A stretch of DNA of 44,174 nucleotides, taken from Phoronis australis. Its lineage: Eukaryota > Animalia > Phoronida. This document shows positions 1 through 10,157 of the stretch, in pieces; the first letter of the stretch is position 1; each line of letters starts with the position of its first letter. The stretch is from positions 1-44,174 of the forward strand of contig NMRA01000586.1 of the NCBI GenBank assembly GCA_002633005.1, written 5' to 3'. The notes under the pieces were generated by a model. It was not told where the DNA came from and searched no databases. It saw only the letters and a program-made list of their open reading frames with translations. The position numbers and the translations under genes were made by a program.

Positions 1-1074
1 AACAGGAATCATAGACATCCCGCGCGCTCCGTCTATGGTTCTGACATTTCAAACTTTCAACACGATAGGTAGCCGCAGAAAGTTCGATGTTGACCTTATT
101 ATAACCTTCACTGCAGTCCACATTGTGGGGACGAAAACAATTCAAATCCGCTCCTCGAAGTAGGGCTTGCTTAGCTGGAATTCAGAACTGCGGTGATGAG
201 AGTGTTTTCACCTCCTGATTGCGAAGCGATCGAGTTAGCTGTGGTGTCTTCATCAGCGCGTGCTCTCAGCGGGAGGTCACCGCTTTATGCACTCTGAAAG
301 CGGTCGACAACAACTAAATTGACGAGAGTCTCAGAACTCCCACATGCAAATTTGATATGCAAATGAGGGAGTACTTGACTTCTGCGCCATCTATACATCG
401 ACGGAAAAGCTTAAATACCGGTGACTGCGTGTGAGAAATTGCGATTGCGTGCGCTGAAGTCGATATTTTCAAAATACAATTACACCACTGTTTAAGGTTG
501 AAAAGTGAGTTTTTTGATATCCTTCTATAGAAAAAGCTTTAATCTCTCTGATAAAATCATCTGTTTCATTTTAAACGAAACTTAAGTCCTGAAATTAGTC
601 CGGGGAAGGAGGCCAAAAACGGCGGTTTAGCTAGTTGTCCCTTCCTGATTATCTCTTCCTGGCTATATTCATATGATTGACTTCTATGACTATGACTCAG
701 CGGTGTTGGGAAGTTTTCTTTTAGTGCGGGAGAAAATGCGAGCCCCCTCCTCCAGCAGCCAATCACGTCATCATATAGTTACATCGCCCAGTTAAAAGGC
801 TCTCGGAACATGAGCTTCGGTTTAATTCTGGGTTGTGTTGCGTAGGCGCAACAAACTTGAAAAAAAAAACGAAACCATTGACACAAATCACGCGAGTGAA
901 AGGTGTGTGCTTTGCAGGAATTTGCGTAGCGTAGACACGAAATGGCGGACACGGAAGTGATTCGTTGGTGAGGTTGGAGTGTTGAATTATGGGGATGAAC
1001 TCACCGTTTCTGTACCGTGAGCAACGATTTCTCGCCGCTAGGGCTTCGCAAGTGCTCTGCGTCTACGAAACGCA

Positions 1075-2440
1075 ACCGTTCTTAAACCTTTTAGCACTGT
1101 GGAATAAAGTCAAGTTTTATGTTTGTATTCAACCAAGGGGGCTCATTCAATGTACTGTAAACTGTTACTGGAATAAAACATGTTATAAATTTCTTCCATT
1201 CCAAGGAAACATCAAGCCAAAATCTATTACATGTACCAGTAACAGTGTTGACATTGCTTCCAAAATTTAATCCCTCTTCCAGTTTTTATGTGACATGAAA
1301 TACATCCCAAAAATTATCAGTTCACGCTTGATCCACGACAATTTTAGGCTATGTACATAGGATTTAATATCTACCATATTTAAGCCTCCTTGTTCACAAC
1401 CACGTACAAGATTTTACTAACTCTAGGTTTTTTATTATTCTAAATAAAATTGAAGAAGTGTTTCTCTAGTTCATTTATGGTATTGCCATCTGGATTGGGC
1501 AATGAGAGTAACAAATGCGTAATTTTTGGTAGAGCTATTGTTTTGATTAATGTAATTTTCCCTGGTGTCAAGGCCCTACTATGCCAAGTTCCGAGCAACT
1601 TTTTGAATTTCTTAAATTTTTGGTTTAAGATAAATTGATGAGATATGAAGATCACTCTTTATTTAAATTCATAGATCCTTGAATTCAGTTATCCAGTCTA
1701 AATTGTTTTCTTTACAAAACCGTCTATCAGATTCTCTCATTGACCCTATCCACATAACTTTTGTTTTACGAAAACTAAATTTCAAACCGGACAGTTCGTA
1801 AAACCATTGCAAAGTTATCAGAGCACTTTTCAAAGAGCTTTCGGAACCATTCAAAAGTAATGTTGTGTCATTCGCATACTGTGAAATCGTAAAAACTTCC
1901 TGCCATATTTTAATACCTTCCACATTTTCGTTGTTCCTGATTGCTTGAGCTGAAATTTCAACACAAAAAGTATAAGGTGATATAGGGTCGCCCTGGCGAC
2001 AACCTCTGCATAGTTTGAATTTGTTTGATGAAGAGCTATTTTGAATAATGCATGAATCGTTTTGAAATAGCGAAACCCCACCTTTTAACTGATGGTCCGA
2101 AATGAAAAGCGTTTAACACTCTTCTAATAAATTTCCAAGAGAGTGTATGAAAGGCTTTTTCAAAATCAATTTTAGACAGCCGTGCCAGGTAACTTGTTTT
2201 TATGTTACATACATTTATATTATATATCAATCTGGTATTTTCACCCAGAAAGCGACCTGGTATTAAACCTTTTGGACACAATTAATTAAGGTGTTTAACA
2301 CCTTTTTAGTTCTCTCCACACGATGACATTAATTTATAAGAACAGTTTAATAAGGGTATTGATTTCCAACTTTTCAGAAAGAATAGCCCATTTTTGGAAT
2401 ACAAGTATTAAAGTCCTTCTCTCAAACTGCCCATGTGGTT
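1075..2440 (-). pseudogene. Decayed non-LTR retrotransposon (L1/Tx1-like) ORF2 reverse transcriptase fragment
   Basis: Frameshifted minus-strand pieces in correct RT order: WKSIPLLNCSYKL, GRFLGENTRLI, IDFEKAFHTLSW, GCRQGDPISPY, SQYANDT (YADD to YAND), GKITLIKTIALPKITH, GGLNMVDI..SLKLSWIKR. Boundaries approximate. Confidence 0.85.
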
Positions 2441-2844
2441 CCAGTATCCGAAAATGCTTTGAGATGCCAGCAGGGTAGTATTCTGCATGCAGCTTTGTTG
2501 ACCATTGTGGTCAGCGAGAATGTCCTACTCACATGTGTATGAATGCATAGTATGTGCACCTCATTCATGTACCACACCAGTATTGCCTGTTTGGTTTTGG
2601 AAATGTGTAAGCTGCTTGTGTTGTATGGGCATTGTTGAGCTTGAAATGCTAGTTTTACTCCTATAAAACTAGGGATGTATTTATTGCGACGTGTGTCCGT
2701 TATTGTTGTTACTAGTTTATTGCTTAACCAGTGTATCTATTTTGAATATTCTTCAAGCCTTGGATGANTGTGAGGTGTGCAATTTATTGCGGTTTTCAGT
2801 GACTGGTTCCACCAGGGATAGCAGTATTGTGCACCTACCGGTAC

Positions 2845-2865
2845 CATTACCAGCAATATTGAAAC
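2845..2865 (+). repeat. Left terminal inverted repeat of the RAG1-like transposon
   Basis: CATTACCAGCAATATTGAAAC versus CATTACCAGCAATACGTAAAC, the reverse complement of 12615-12635. Confidence 0.8.
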
Positions 2866-4106
2866 CGTGAACTGCGCATGCGCGAAAGTCACTCAGTTAG
2901 CCCCCTTCAGAATACATGGGATTCGCAGAAAACACAGCGTGATGGTCTTATTTATGAATCAATCACATTTGCCGATAGCACATAACATAGATAAGTACTT
3001 TATTAAAAACCTGGCCAAGTTTCAGCAAAATTGGAAAAAATTTTATGTTTAACATGGTATGGTCAAAGTTTTGGCTTATTTTGTCGCTTCGATCAGTGGA
3101 ATCGCCGCTAAAAAGCCGAAAGTGTATGTGAGAAAACGATAATTTTCGACCGAACCTTTCATTTGCGGTTAGTTGCCGATAGCACCAACAGAAGTCAGTA
3201 TAATCAAGATTGAAATGTAGGAGTTTGAAGAAAATTGGCAAAAAAAATGTAGTTAACATGGGGGTGGTGAAAATTGCCAATTTTTGTAATATCAATTCTA
3301 CTTGTTCACCGCACACCATCACCAGTGCGTCTAGTAAGCCTAAAACTTTTGCTTTAATCACTGATAATTTTCACACCAGCAAACTTGTGAATGCTTTTTC
3401 TATATATACCTTTTTGATTGCATGTTGAGCCAATAAATATCGCTTGAGATTTTAAAGAGCTGAAATGCAGGCGTTTTAAAGATTGGTTTATTTGTGAAAA
3501 AGTCAATGTAAGAAGAGAGTTATGAAAAGGAAATAGATATGATTATCTTCTGATCACTTAAGACTCAAAATATATTCTTGGCATTTGTTAATCAGACCTG
3601 ATATTGAGTGTGGCTGTGGTTTGGAATTTAAAGGAGTCATCACAAAATGAATTTATGAGATTTGCACTGTTCAAAAGACCAGTGGAGGTAGTACAAGACA
3701 ATGCAGCGGGTAAGAAGGACCGGAAAATAATGTCTGCAACAAAAAAATAACTTACAAATCTTTATTCTGACAGCTGAAATTTATTTCCAACACTGCAGAC
3801 TCGACCTGCCTGAGCATTTTGTTTCAATCCAGTCCAAGCAGGCAGGTTGCCCCCCCCCCCCTTAATGTTGTAGTTGTCTTGATGAAAAAATAGAATTTAT
3901 TTTTCACACTATTCCTGGATCAATAAATATTACTCAATTGATTGTTGGTAACAATGAACGTTAAATAAAATAATAAAAGAAGTTGACATACATGTATTCA
4001 AACATGTTTATTGCATATCAATGGGCAAGAAAACTGTGCATACAGTACAAAAATGCATGGCTTAATGACAGCTTGGCAACCATAAACAACAAATGAACAC
4101 AACACG

Positions 4107-6032
4107 AACAACGGGGAGCCTTAAAATGTGCCAAGGATGCTCCGCAAATGGGGTGCTTCTAGGGGTGTTAATTTCTATCATATAAATAGCCACTTGATGG
4201 CACGAAATACGTTGAAACCACTAGATAGTGCAAAATATATCGAATCTCGTACGTGCCATCAAAGCTGTTTACCAAATTTCATAAAAATAGATCAAGGAAT
4301 TTCTTAGAAACCAAGGAAAACCAAGAGGTGCCACAGTAGATGAAGTCGTTGGAAATTCATAGTCAGACTTCCTCTTCAGATTGGGAACATACATGCCAAT
4401 TTCCACAGTAATCCAAATCGTCTGAAAATCATTGTCAGCTGTCTTCTTTATAGTAAACACATACATGCCAATTTTCACAATCATCCTTTGAGTGGTTTGG
4501 TTGATAGAGGGGTGGACGCAAAAATACAGATTCGAAAACAGTAAAAATGGCCACTAGGTGGCGCAAACTATGTCGAATGCACCTGAAAACGGGAGGATAG
4601 CGTCATCTCACTAATAGGTGCCAACATACCAAATTTCATGAAAATCCGTTCAGGACTTTTGAAGATACAAAGGTAAGCGAAAAAAAATTGAAATTGCCAC
4701 TAGGGGGCACACCGGTAGTCAGATCCGTCCAAAAGTCGTCATCTTCCAATGTTAACATCATATAAATATACTTACACAATTTCGTAAAGATCCTGCGAAC
4801 GGTTTAGGAGATACAGCAATAGGCGCAAAAAAAAAAAAAANAACGGGACGATAGCATCACCTCACTAATAGGTGCCTACATACCAAATTTCATGAAAATC
4901 CGTTCAGGACTTTTGAAGATACAAAGGTAAGCGTAAAAAACTACAATTGCCACTACAGGGCACACCAGTAGTCGGATCCGTCCAAAGGTTCGCACATGCC
5001 GTCCCATTCATGAATGGAACATATGTGCCAAATTTCATGAATGTATGTCAAAGGGTTTTGGAGATAAAGCAGCGGACGCCGGACGGACGCCGCCCGGACG
5101 GACGGTCGGACGGAGATGACGGCATACTGCGTCCACATCTAAATAAGTGGGCGCATAAAAAATAATAAAACTGCCAGTAGGGGGCACACCGGTAGTCCGA
5201 TCCATCTGAAAGTAGTCGTTGTTTGTTGACAATAAATACAGCAGCTAAACTAAAGATCCTGCATAGGGTTTAGCTATGTGCATGAAAAAATGCCACTAGG
5301 AGAAGCCACAATTGTAGAGGTCGCTGGAAAATCATTGTCAGCCATCCTCTTCATATTAGGAACATACATGGCAACTTCCACAGATGTCAAAAACAGACTC
5401 GAAAAAAGAAAAAAAATGACTACTAGGTGAAGCAAAATACTTCGAATTCAACCGAAAACCAGAATTAGACAACCTCATCTCACTAATAAATGCCTATCTA
5501 CCAAATTTTAAGAAAATCTGTTCCAGGCCTTGGAAGATACAGAGGAAAATGCAAAAACCTTAAAACTGCGCACTGGTAGTCCGCTCCGTCTGAAAGTTGC
5601 CAACCTCTGTTGTCAACTAAATAAAAATACTTCACAGTAGTTGTCAACAAATCATCATCAGGCGCCCTCTTCACAGTAAGAACATAATTATATGCAAATT
5701 TTCAAAGTCATCCCTAGAGCAAAAAGAGACTCATAAACAGTAAAAATGGCCGCTAGGTGGCGCAAAGTACCTTGAATCCGTCCGAAAACAAGAGGATATC
5801 ATCACCTCACTAATAGATGCATAACTGTCAAATTTTATGAAAATTCGTTGAGAACTTCCGAAGATACAGAGGAAATCGTAAAAAAATAAAATTGCCACTA
5901 GGGGACACACCGATAGTCTACGAGGTCCGAAATTTGTCGTCATTCGTCGTCAGTTTCAAAGTAACACACCGGCCAAATGTCATCAAGTTCCCGAGAGGTT
6001 TGGGCGATACAGCTGCGGACAATGGACGCCAG
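4107..6032 (+). mobile_element. HINE/pearl-like non-autonomous element(s) with internal tandem subrepeats, nested in the transposon
   Basis: Repeated GCCACTAGG(T/G)GGC cores, a GGAC microsatellite (~5073-5113) and a 3' hairpin TGCGTCCAC..GTGGGCGCA-TAAAA (5128-5160). A second truncated array runs to ~6032. Homologous to 17983-19786, 34777-35480 and 39650-40839. Contains an N join at 4841. Confidence 0.7.
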
Positions 6033-6105
6033 ATGCTCATGCAGAAATGAAAGCAACATGCCACCACATTTTTATATACATGTGTGGTTGCATAATAACA
6101 TGGAA

Positions 6106-8613
6106 TCATTTATCTTGACAAAGCTTACTCAGGTGAATTTTCAGTAAGTTACGTAACTTTGGTTCACTACGCAACTTCGTCTTGATACCAAGTTCTTTTA
6201 ACCTTTCCTTAATATCAGAGACACTCATAGTATCTAGTGGTACAACTTCACCTGAAACGTTATTTTCTGTCTCAACAGTTTCAACGGACACTCTTTTTCG
6301 CTTTAGGTAAATTGTGTCCTCCCAATATTCTGCATTTCTCTTGACATACGAATTTGGTGTCCTTACTTTATCACTGAGGTGAGTTTGTCGCCAACATGTT
6401 TTCACAACATCAGCACATGCCTCTAGTTTATTAGAATGTTGTTTGTGAATGGATTTAACAACATCATTTAATCTCTCCATACCCTGACCACTAAACTGCC
6501 TTATACCACAGTGAAGCTTGGCAAGAGTGGGAAGGTGATATACCAAAATATGCATATACGGGGTAACTCTCTTTCTTTCGTAACCTTTTCGCTTACCTTC
6601 CAACGAGACAAAAAGGGACAACCATCTATGCCCCAAATTAAACAAGCTGGCCTGAGCCACTGCATCAGTGCTTTCGTAAGGGTGACTCAGTGCATCATAT
6701 AACACAGAAAACTGCCTCCAAAGCTCAATGGTTAAAGCTTCTGTATCTTGATGTAACAACTTTCTTTGACGCAACACTTCTGGAAGATTTTTCAGCAATT
6801 TCTTTTTTTCGTCACCCATAAGACTACTAAACTCTATAGCCCCTGTTCCTTTACCATTACAGTCAGTGCTTTCCCACACCTTAAAACTTACACCGCATGC
6901 CCTAATTGCCCTAACAATAGCATCTAAATGAGTCTGACTTCCTAATGATCTCCCAATAGCACCAACTTTTACTTTTGCATCAAGATCAGTTGCATCAGTG
7001 ATCAGATTTTCCAAGAGCCTATCGGTTATGCGCAACATTAAATGCAGCTCATCAATTACAATATGATTCAATGGTAAATCTACCAAGGGCGGATGCTTGC
7101 AACTGAAAGTTTTACTGTTTGAGCAGGTTCTTAAATCTTCTATATCTCGAATTAAGGACGGTTGCTCATAAAAGCATTCTGGCTTAGAAATATCACCCCT
7201 ATCACTCTTATGAATCTTGCAATATAAACATGCATGATTTGAGGTTGCACCTGACAAACCTAATATCATCAACAGAAACTTGTAGTCGGCAGCAAGAAAA
7301 ACTTTCAAGTCGTAGTCTACATTGTCCACACAAACAGAACCTCTCGAGTGTAGCAAGTTTATTGCATGCCATACGTTACAGAATGCCGACCTATACATAT
7401 CATAACTTTCATGGGCTTTAACAACCGCTACAGCATGGTGCTCATGCGAGATGATGCTACCCAGGGGACTTACTAGAGAAAAGCTCACCACACACATCCC
7501 ATGGTTTCTACTTATATTAGTGCCGTCACCACAGAATTTCACAGAAAAGGAGAGCTTTTCGTTGGTTTGAGTCAACTCCGGATGTCGAGCCAAGAATGAT
7601 TTTATACAAAATACAAGTTCCTGCTCAATGTCAATTTCTGCACCCTGTAATGGTCCCGGTGTTCTCTGTACATGACAAATGGTATTCATATCAGCACGTA
7701 ACTGCTTTATGAGATATGTTTTGGGCAGGCCATTACAGATGACTGATAATTCATGATAAAAGCTATCAGAAACGTAAAACCTATCCAAAAGGTAAAGAAT
7801 CTGTTTTAACGTATCTTCATCTGACTCAGCAACCTTACTTTTACCACTAACATCATGTTGAGCACCCAATGAGTCAAGCACAGACAGGTTATTCAGCTTC
7901 AGACCGTATGCATCTAAAAACCACAAAGCACACTCAGCCCTAGATCTAACTTCTTTAATGCATTTTAACTGATACGTTCTACTGCATTTAGAAAACTCCA
8001 CCTTGTTACTGCACACACTATCAATACGAACTCCACAAATACCCTCAATGTACTTGGACAACTGAACATTAGTCTGAAGTAAGTTGGCATTGTTTTCAGC
8101 CAACAATTTAATGGAATCATTTTGGGCATCTCGCACCTGCCTAAGCTCGTTTATTTCTGAATGAAGATTATTTATATCTGCCTTTAATGCAGATATGTCT
8201 GACCTTGCAGAGACAACATCACTGGACAGTTGCTCATTACTTTGCTTCAGCTCTGCAACAGAGGCTAGATCAGAACTAGTGATATTAAAAGTCAACGACT
8301 TTTTTAAAAGACCATATAGTGTGTTGCCTTTTGCCTTTTTCAACTTCCTAGCTACAAGTGGACATTCTCGTCGCAACCTTTCTCCAAGCCTACTAACATT
8401 GATATCGAGCGTGAGCTTATAATTTTGTTCTAAAAAGTGACTTAAGAGAGAGGAATATTTCAGTACAGATCCCCCTGAGCATGAATACCAGTCCTTACAT
8501 ACACTATATGGGACTTTGGTGGAAAACAAAATAGAGTCACCATTTAAAGACTGGTTATGTTTAAACCGTTCAGTTGGCTGAGACTGAATTAGAGGTTTAC
8601 TATGACCAGGCAT
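6106..8613 (-). CDS. Intact 835-aa DDE transposase of the RAG1/Transib/Chapaev clan
   Basis: Motifs VKFCGDG (D363), LAADYK..LGLSGATSNHACLYC (D443, C462/C465), IDELH (H524), SLMGDEKKKL and TPYMHILVYH..FSGQGMERLN (H688/H693, E713). These parallel RAG1 KESCDG, GYDEK..GLEASGSVYICTLC, IDALH, RMNGNFARKL and TNYFHKTLAH..ASEGNESGN. Confidence 0.88.
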   Translation of the reverse strand: MPGHSKPLIQSQPTERFKHNQSLNGDSILFSTKVPYSVCKDWYSCSGGSVLKYSSLLSHFLEQNYKLTLDINVSRLGERLRRECPLVARKLKKAKGNTLYGLLKKSLTFNITSSDLASVAELKQSNEQLSSDVVSARSDISALKADINNLHSEINELRQVRDAQNDSIKLLAENNANLLQTNVQLSKYIEGICGVRIDSVCSNKVEFSKCSRTYQLKCIKEVRSRAECALWFLDAYGLKLNNLSVLDSLGAQHDVSGKSKVAESDEDTLKQILYLLDRFYVSDSFYHELSVICNGLPKTYLIKQLRADMNTICHVQRTPGPLQGAEIDIEQELVFCIKSFLARHPELTQTNEKLSFSVKFCGDGTNISRNHGMCVVSFSLVSPLGSIISHEHHAVAVVKAHESYDMYRSAFCNVWHAINLLHSRGSVCVDNVDYDLKVFLAADYKFLLMILGLSGATSNHACLYCKIHKSDRGDISKPECFYEQPSLIRDIEDLRTCSNSKTFSCKHPPLVDLPLNHIVIDELHLMLRITDRLLENLITDATDLDAKVKVGAIGRSLGSQTHLDAIVRAIRACGVSFKVWESTDCNGKGTGAIEFSSLMGDEKKKLLKNLPEVLRQRKLLHQDTEALTIELWRQFSVLYDALSHPYESTDAVAQASLFNLGHRWLSLFVSLEGKRKGYERKRVTPYMHILVYHLPTLAKLHCGIRQFSGQGMERLNDVVKSIHKQHSNKLEACADVVKTCWRQTHLSDKVRTPNSYVKRNAEYWEDTIYLKRKRVSVETVETENNVSGEVVPLDTMSVSDIKERLKELGIKTKLRSEPKLRNLLKIHLSKLCQDK

Positions 8614-8773
8614 TTTGGATCTGTATTACTTTTACTCTATAAAAACAGAGCTCAGAATATCCCTCTCTCTTAACTCACCATTTAGAACAAAGAATGAACC
8701 ACTGGATCAATACTCAAAGCAATAGCATCATACAAGTCAGCTAAACAAAACCACATGACAACTTTAAAACATT

Positions 8774-9286
8774 TCACAACTTGAAAGCATCTGTGCACGC
8801 ACGAAGAAGAACCTTTTCTTGTGGGATTCGTGAAATTTCAACAATCTCACCATATTCATTGTGTTTAAAGTTTCTTGACGACCACTGAACAACAGGGCGG
8901 AGCAAAATCGGGAAAACAAGAGTTCTTCCAATGCCTTGGTAGTCGACCAAATAGTCCCAACCCTCCGGGAGACCAATATTGTCAAAATCTTCTTTGCAGT
9001 ATTGAAGGTACCCTTTCACAGCACCTGGTTTCTCCTCGATACCACCAAAAATATTGCGGAAAACATCTAAGTCAATGTTAGTGTCAAATACATTCGATTC
9101 CAAACCTGAAGATGACAAACGCTTTTGAAGAACAAGGTAAAGTGCTTCCAATCCTTGTTGACGGCGGAAATCCTCAACACTTGGACACTTGTAAGACTTC
9201 ACGAGATCACTGGTGAGATTTGTCTCGGGCTCCCATGACGAAGCACTCAGCGGCCAGTCCTTCCACAGAACCAAATACTCATAATG
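8774..9286 (-). CDS. Chromodomain protein, exon 2 (second half of the chromodomain plus an unknown C-terminal domain)
   Basis: Acceptor ctttccag precedes HYEYLVLWKDWPLSASSWEPETNL, in frame with ORF 8774..9274. Matches the chromodomain consensus EYLVKWKGY....TWEPEENL. Confidence 0.85.
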   Translation of the reverse strand, partial: HYEYLVLWKDWPLSASSWEPETNLTSDLVKSYKCPSVEDFRRQQGLEALYLVLQKRLSSSGLESNVFDTNIDLDVFRNIFGGIEEKPGAVKGYLQYCKEDFDNIGLPEGWDYLVDYQGIGRTLVFPILLRPVVQWSSRNFKHNEYGEIVEISRIPQEKVLLRACTDAFKL

Positions 9287-9810
9287 CTGGAAAGTATGAA
9301 TAGTTGTTTATGAAGTTAAATGTCAGGAATGAGAAACAACAGTTTATTGTCGGCCTTTCATTTGGACTCACCAAAAGTGAAAAATAGGAAAAAATAGGAA
9401 TTTCACAGAAAAGTAGGAGAAAGTAGGAGTCTCTCAAAAAAATATAAAGTACAAAAAATAGGAATCTTGGCGCCCTGATGATTAGAGGGACACTTCGGGA
9501 GGACTTCGATTTATTTAATTCCTTTTAAGTCAATAACGATATACTCCCTGTTTCAAACTTTTTCTTTGAGCAGTCCCAAGTTCAGTTCCAAAAATTGAAA
9601 ACACACTATTTTTAATTTTGTAATATTGCCTTGCGCATCATACAGTCTAAAAATGTCCCGCACGTCAAACCCTTGGTCTGACATAACGGAATCTCCAGGG
9701 TCACACACTTGAGGCAAGCTTCTTCTCTCTGTGATCTGCCTGTCACTAGTCGACCCAGCATAACTTTAACAATAAACTACATAGAGTATGGATTTGTATA
9801 ATGACAACAT

Positions 9811-10157
9811 TTAATCTTAGGCATTAGTACTTAAGCTATCTTAAGTATTCCTATTTAATTTCAACTATTATTAGGTATTAGTACTTAAGCTATCTTAAGT
9901 ATTCCTACTTAATCTTAACTAATCTTAGGTATTAGTACTTAAGCTATCTTAAGTATTCCTATTTAATCTTAACTAATCTGATGTATTAGTACTTAAGCTA
10001 TCTTAAGTATTCCTACTTAATCTTAATTAATCTTAGGTATTAGTACTTCAGCTATCTTAAGTATTCCTATTTAATCTTAACTAATATTAGGTATTAGTAC
10101 TTAAGCTATCTTAAGTATTCCTATTTAATCTTAACTGATATTAGGTATTAGTACTTA
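9811..10157. repeat. 54-bp minisatellite, ~6.4 copies, each with a palindromic core
   Basis: GTACTT anchor at 9827, 9881, 9935, 9989, 10043, 10097 and 10151; core TACTTAAG-CTAT-CTTAAGTA. Confidence 0.95.

Noticed and set aside
4269-6109. Numerous short ORFs in GCCACTAGG arrays (also at 18.0-19.9, 34.8-35.5 and 39.6-40.9 kb)
   Set aside because: Frames are not conserved between homologous repeat copies, so these are non-coding.
6106-8613. Calling this RAG1 / a V(D)J system
   Set aside because: No RING domain, no kelch-type RAG2 partner and no CACAGTG/ACAAAAACC signals at the termini; only the catalytic core is RAG1-like.
8950-8975. WW domain suggested by LPEGW
   Set aside because: The downstream YY..H....T.W..P pattern is absent.
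9811-10157. CRISPR-like array of palindromic repeats
   Set aside because: The sequence between palindromes is itself repeated (no unique spacers), there are no cas genes, and the context is a eukaryotic intron.
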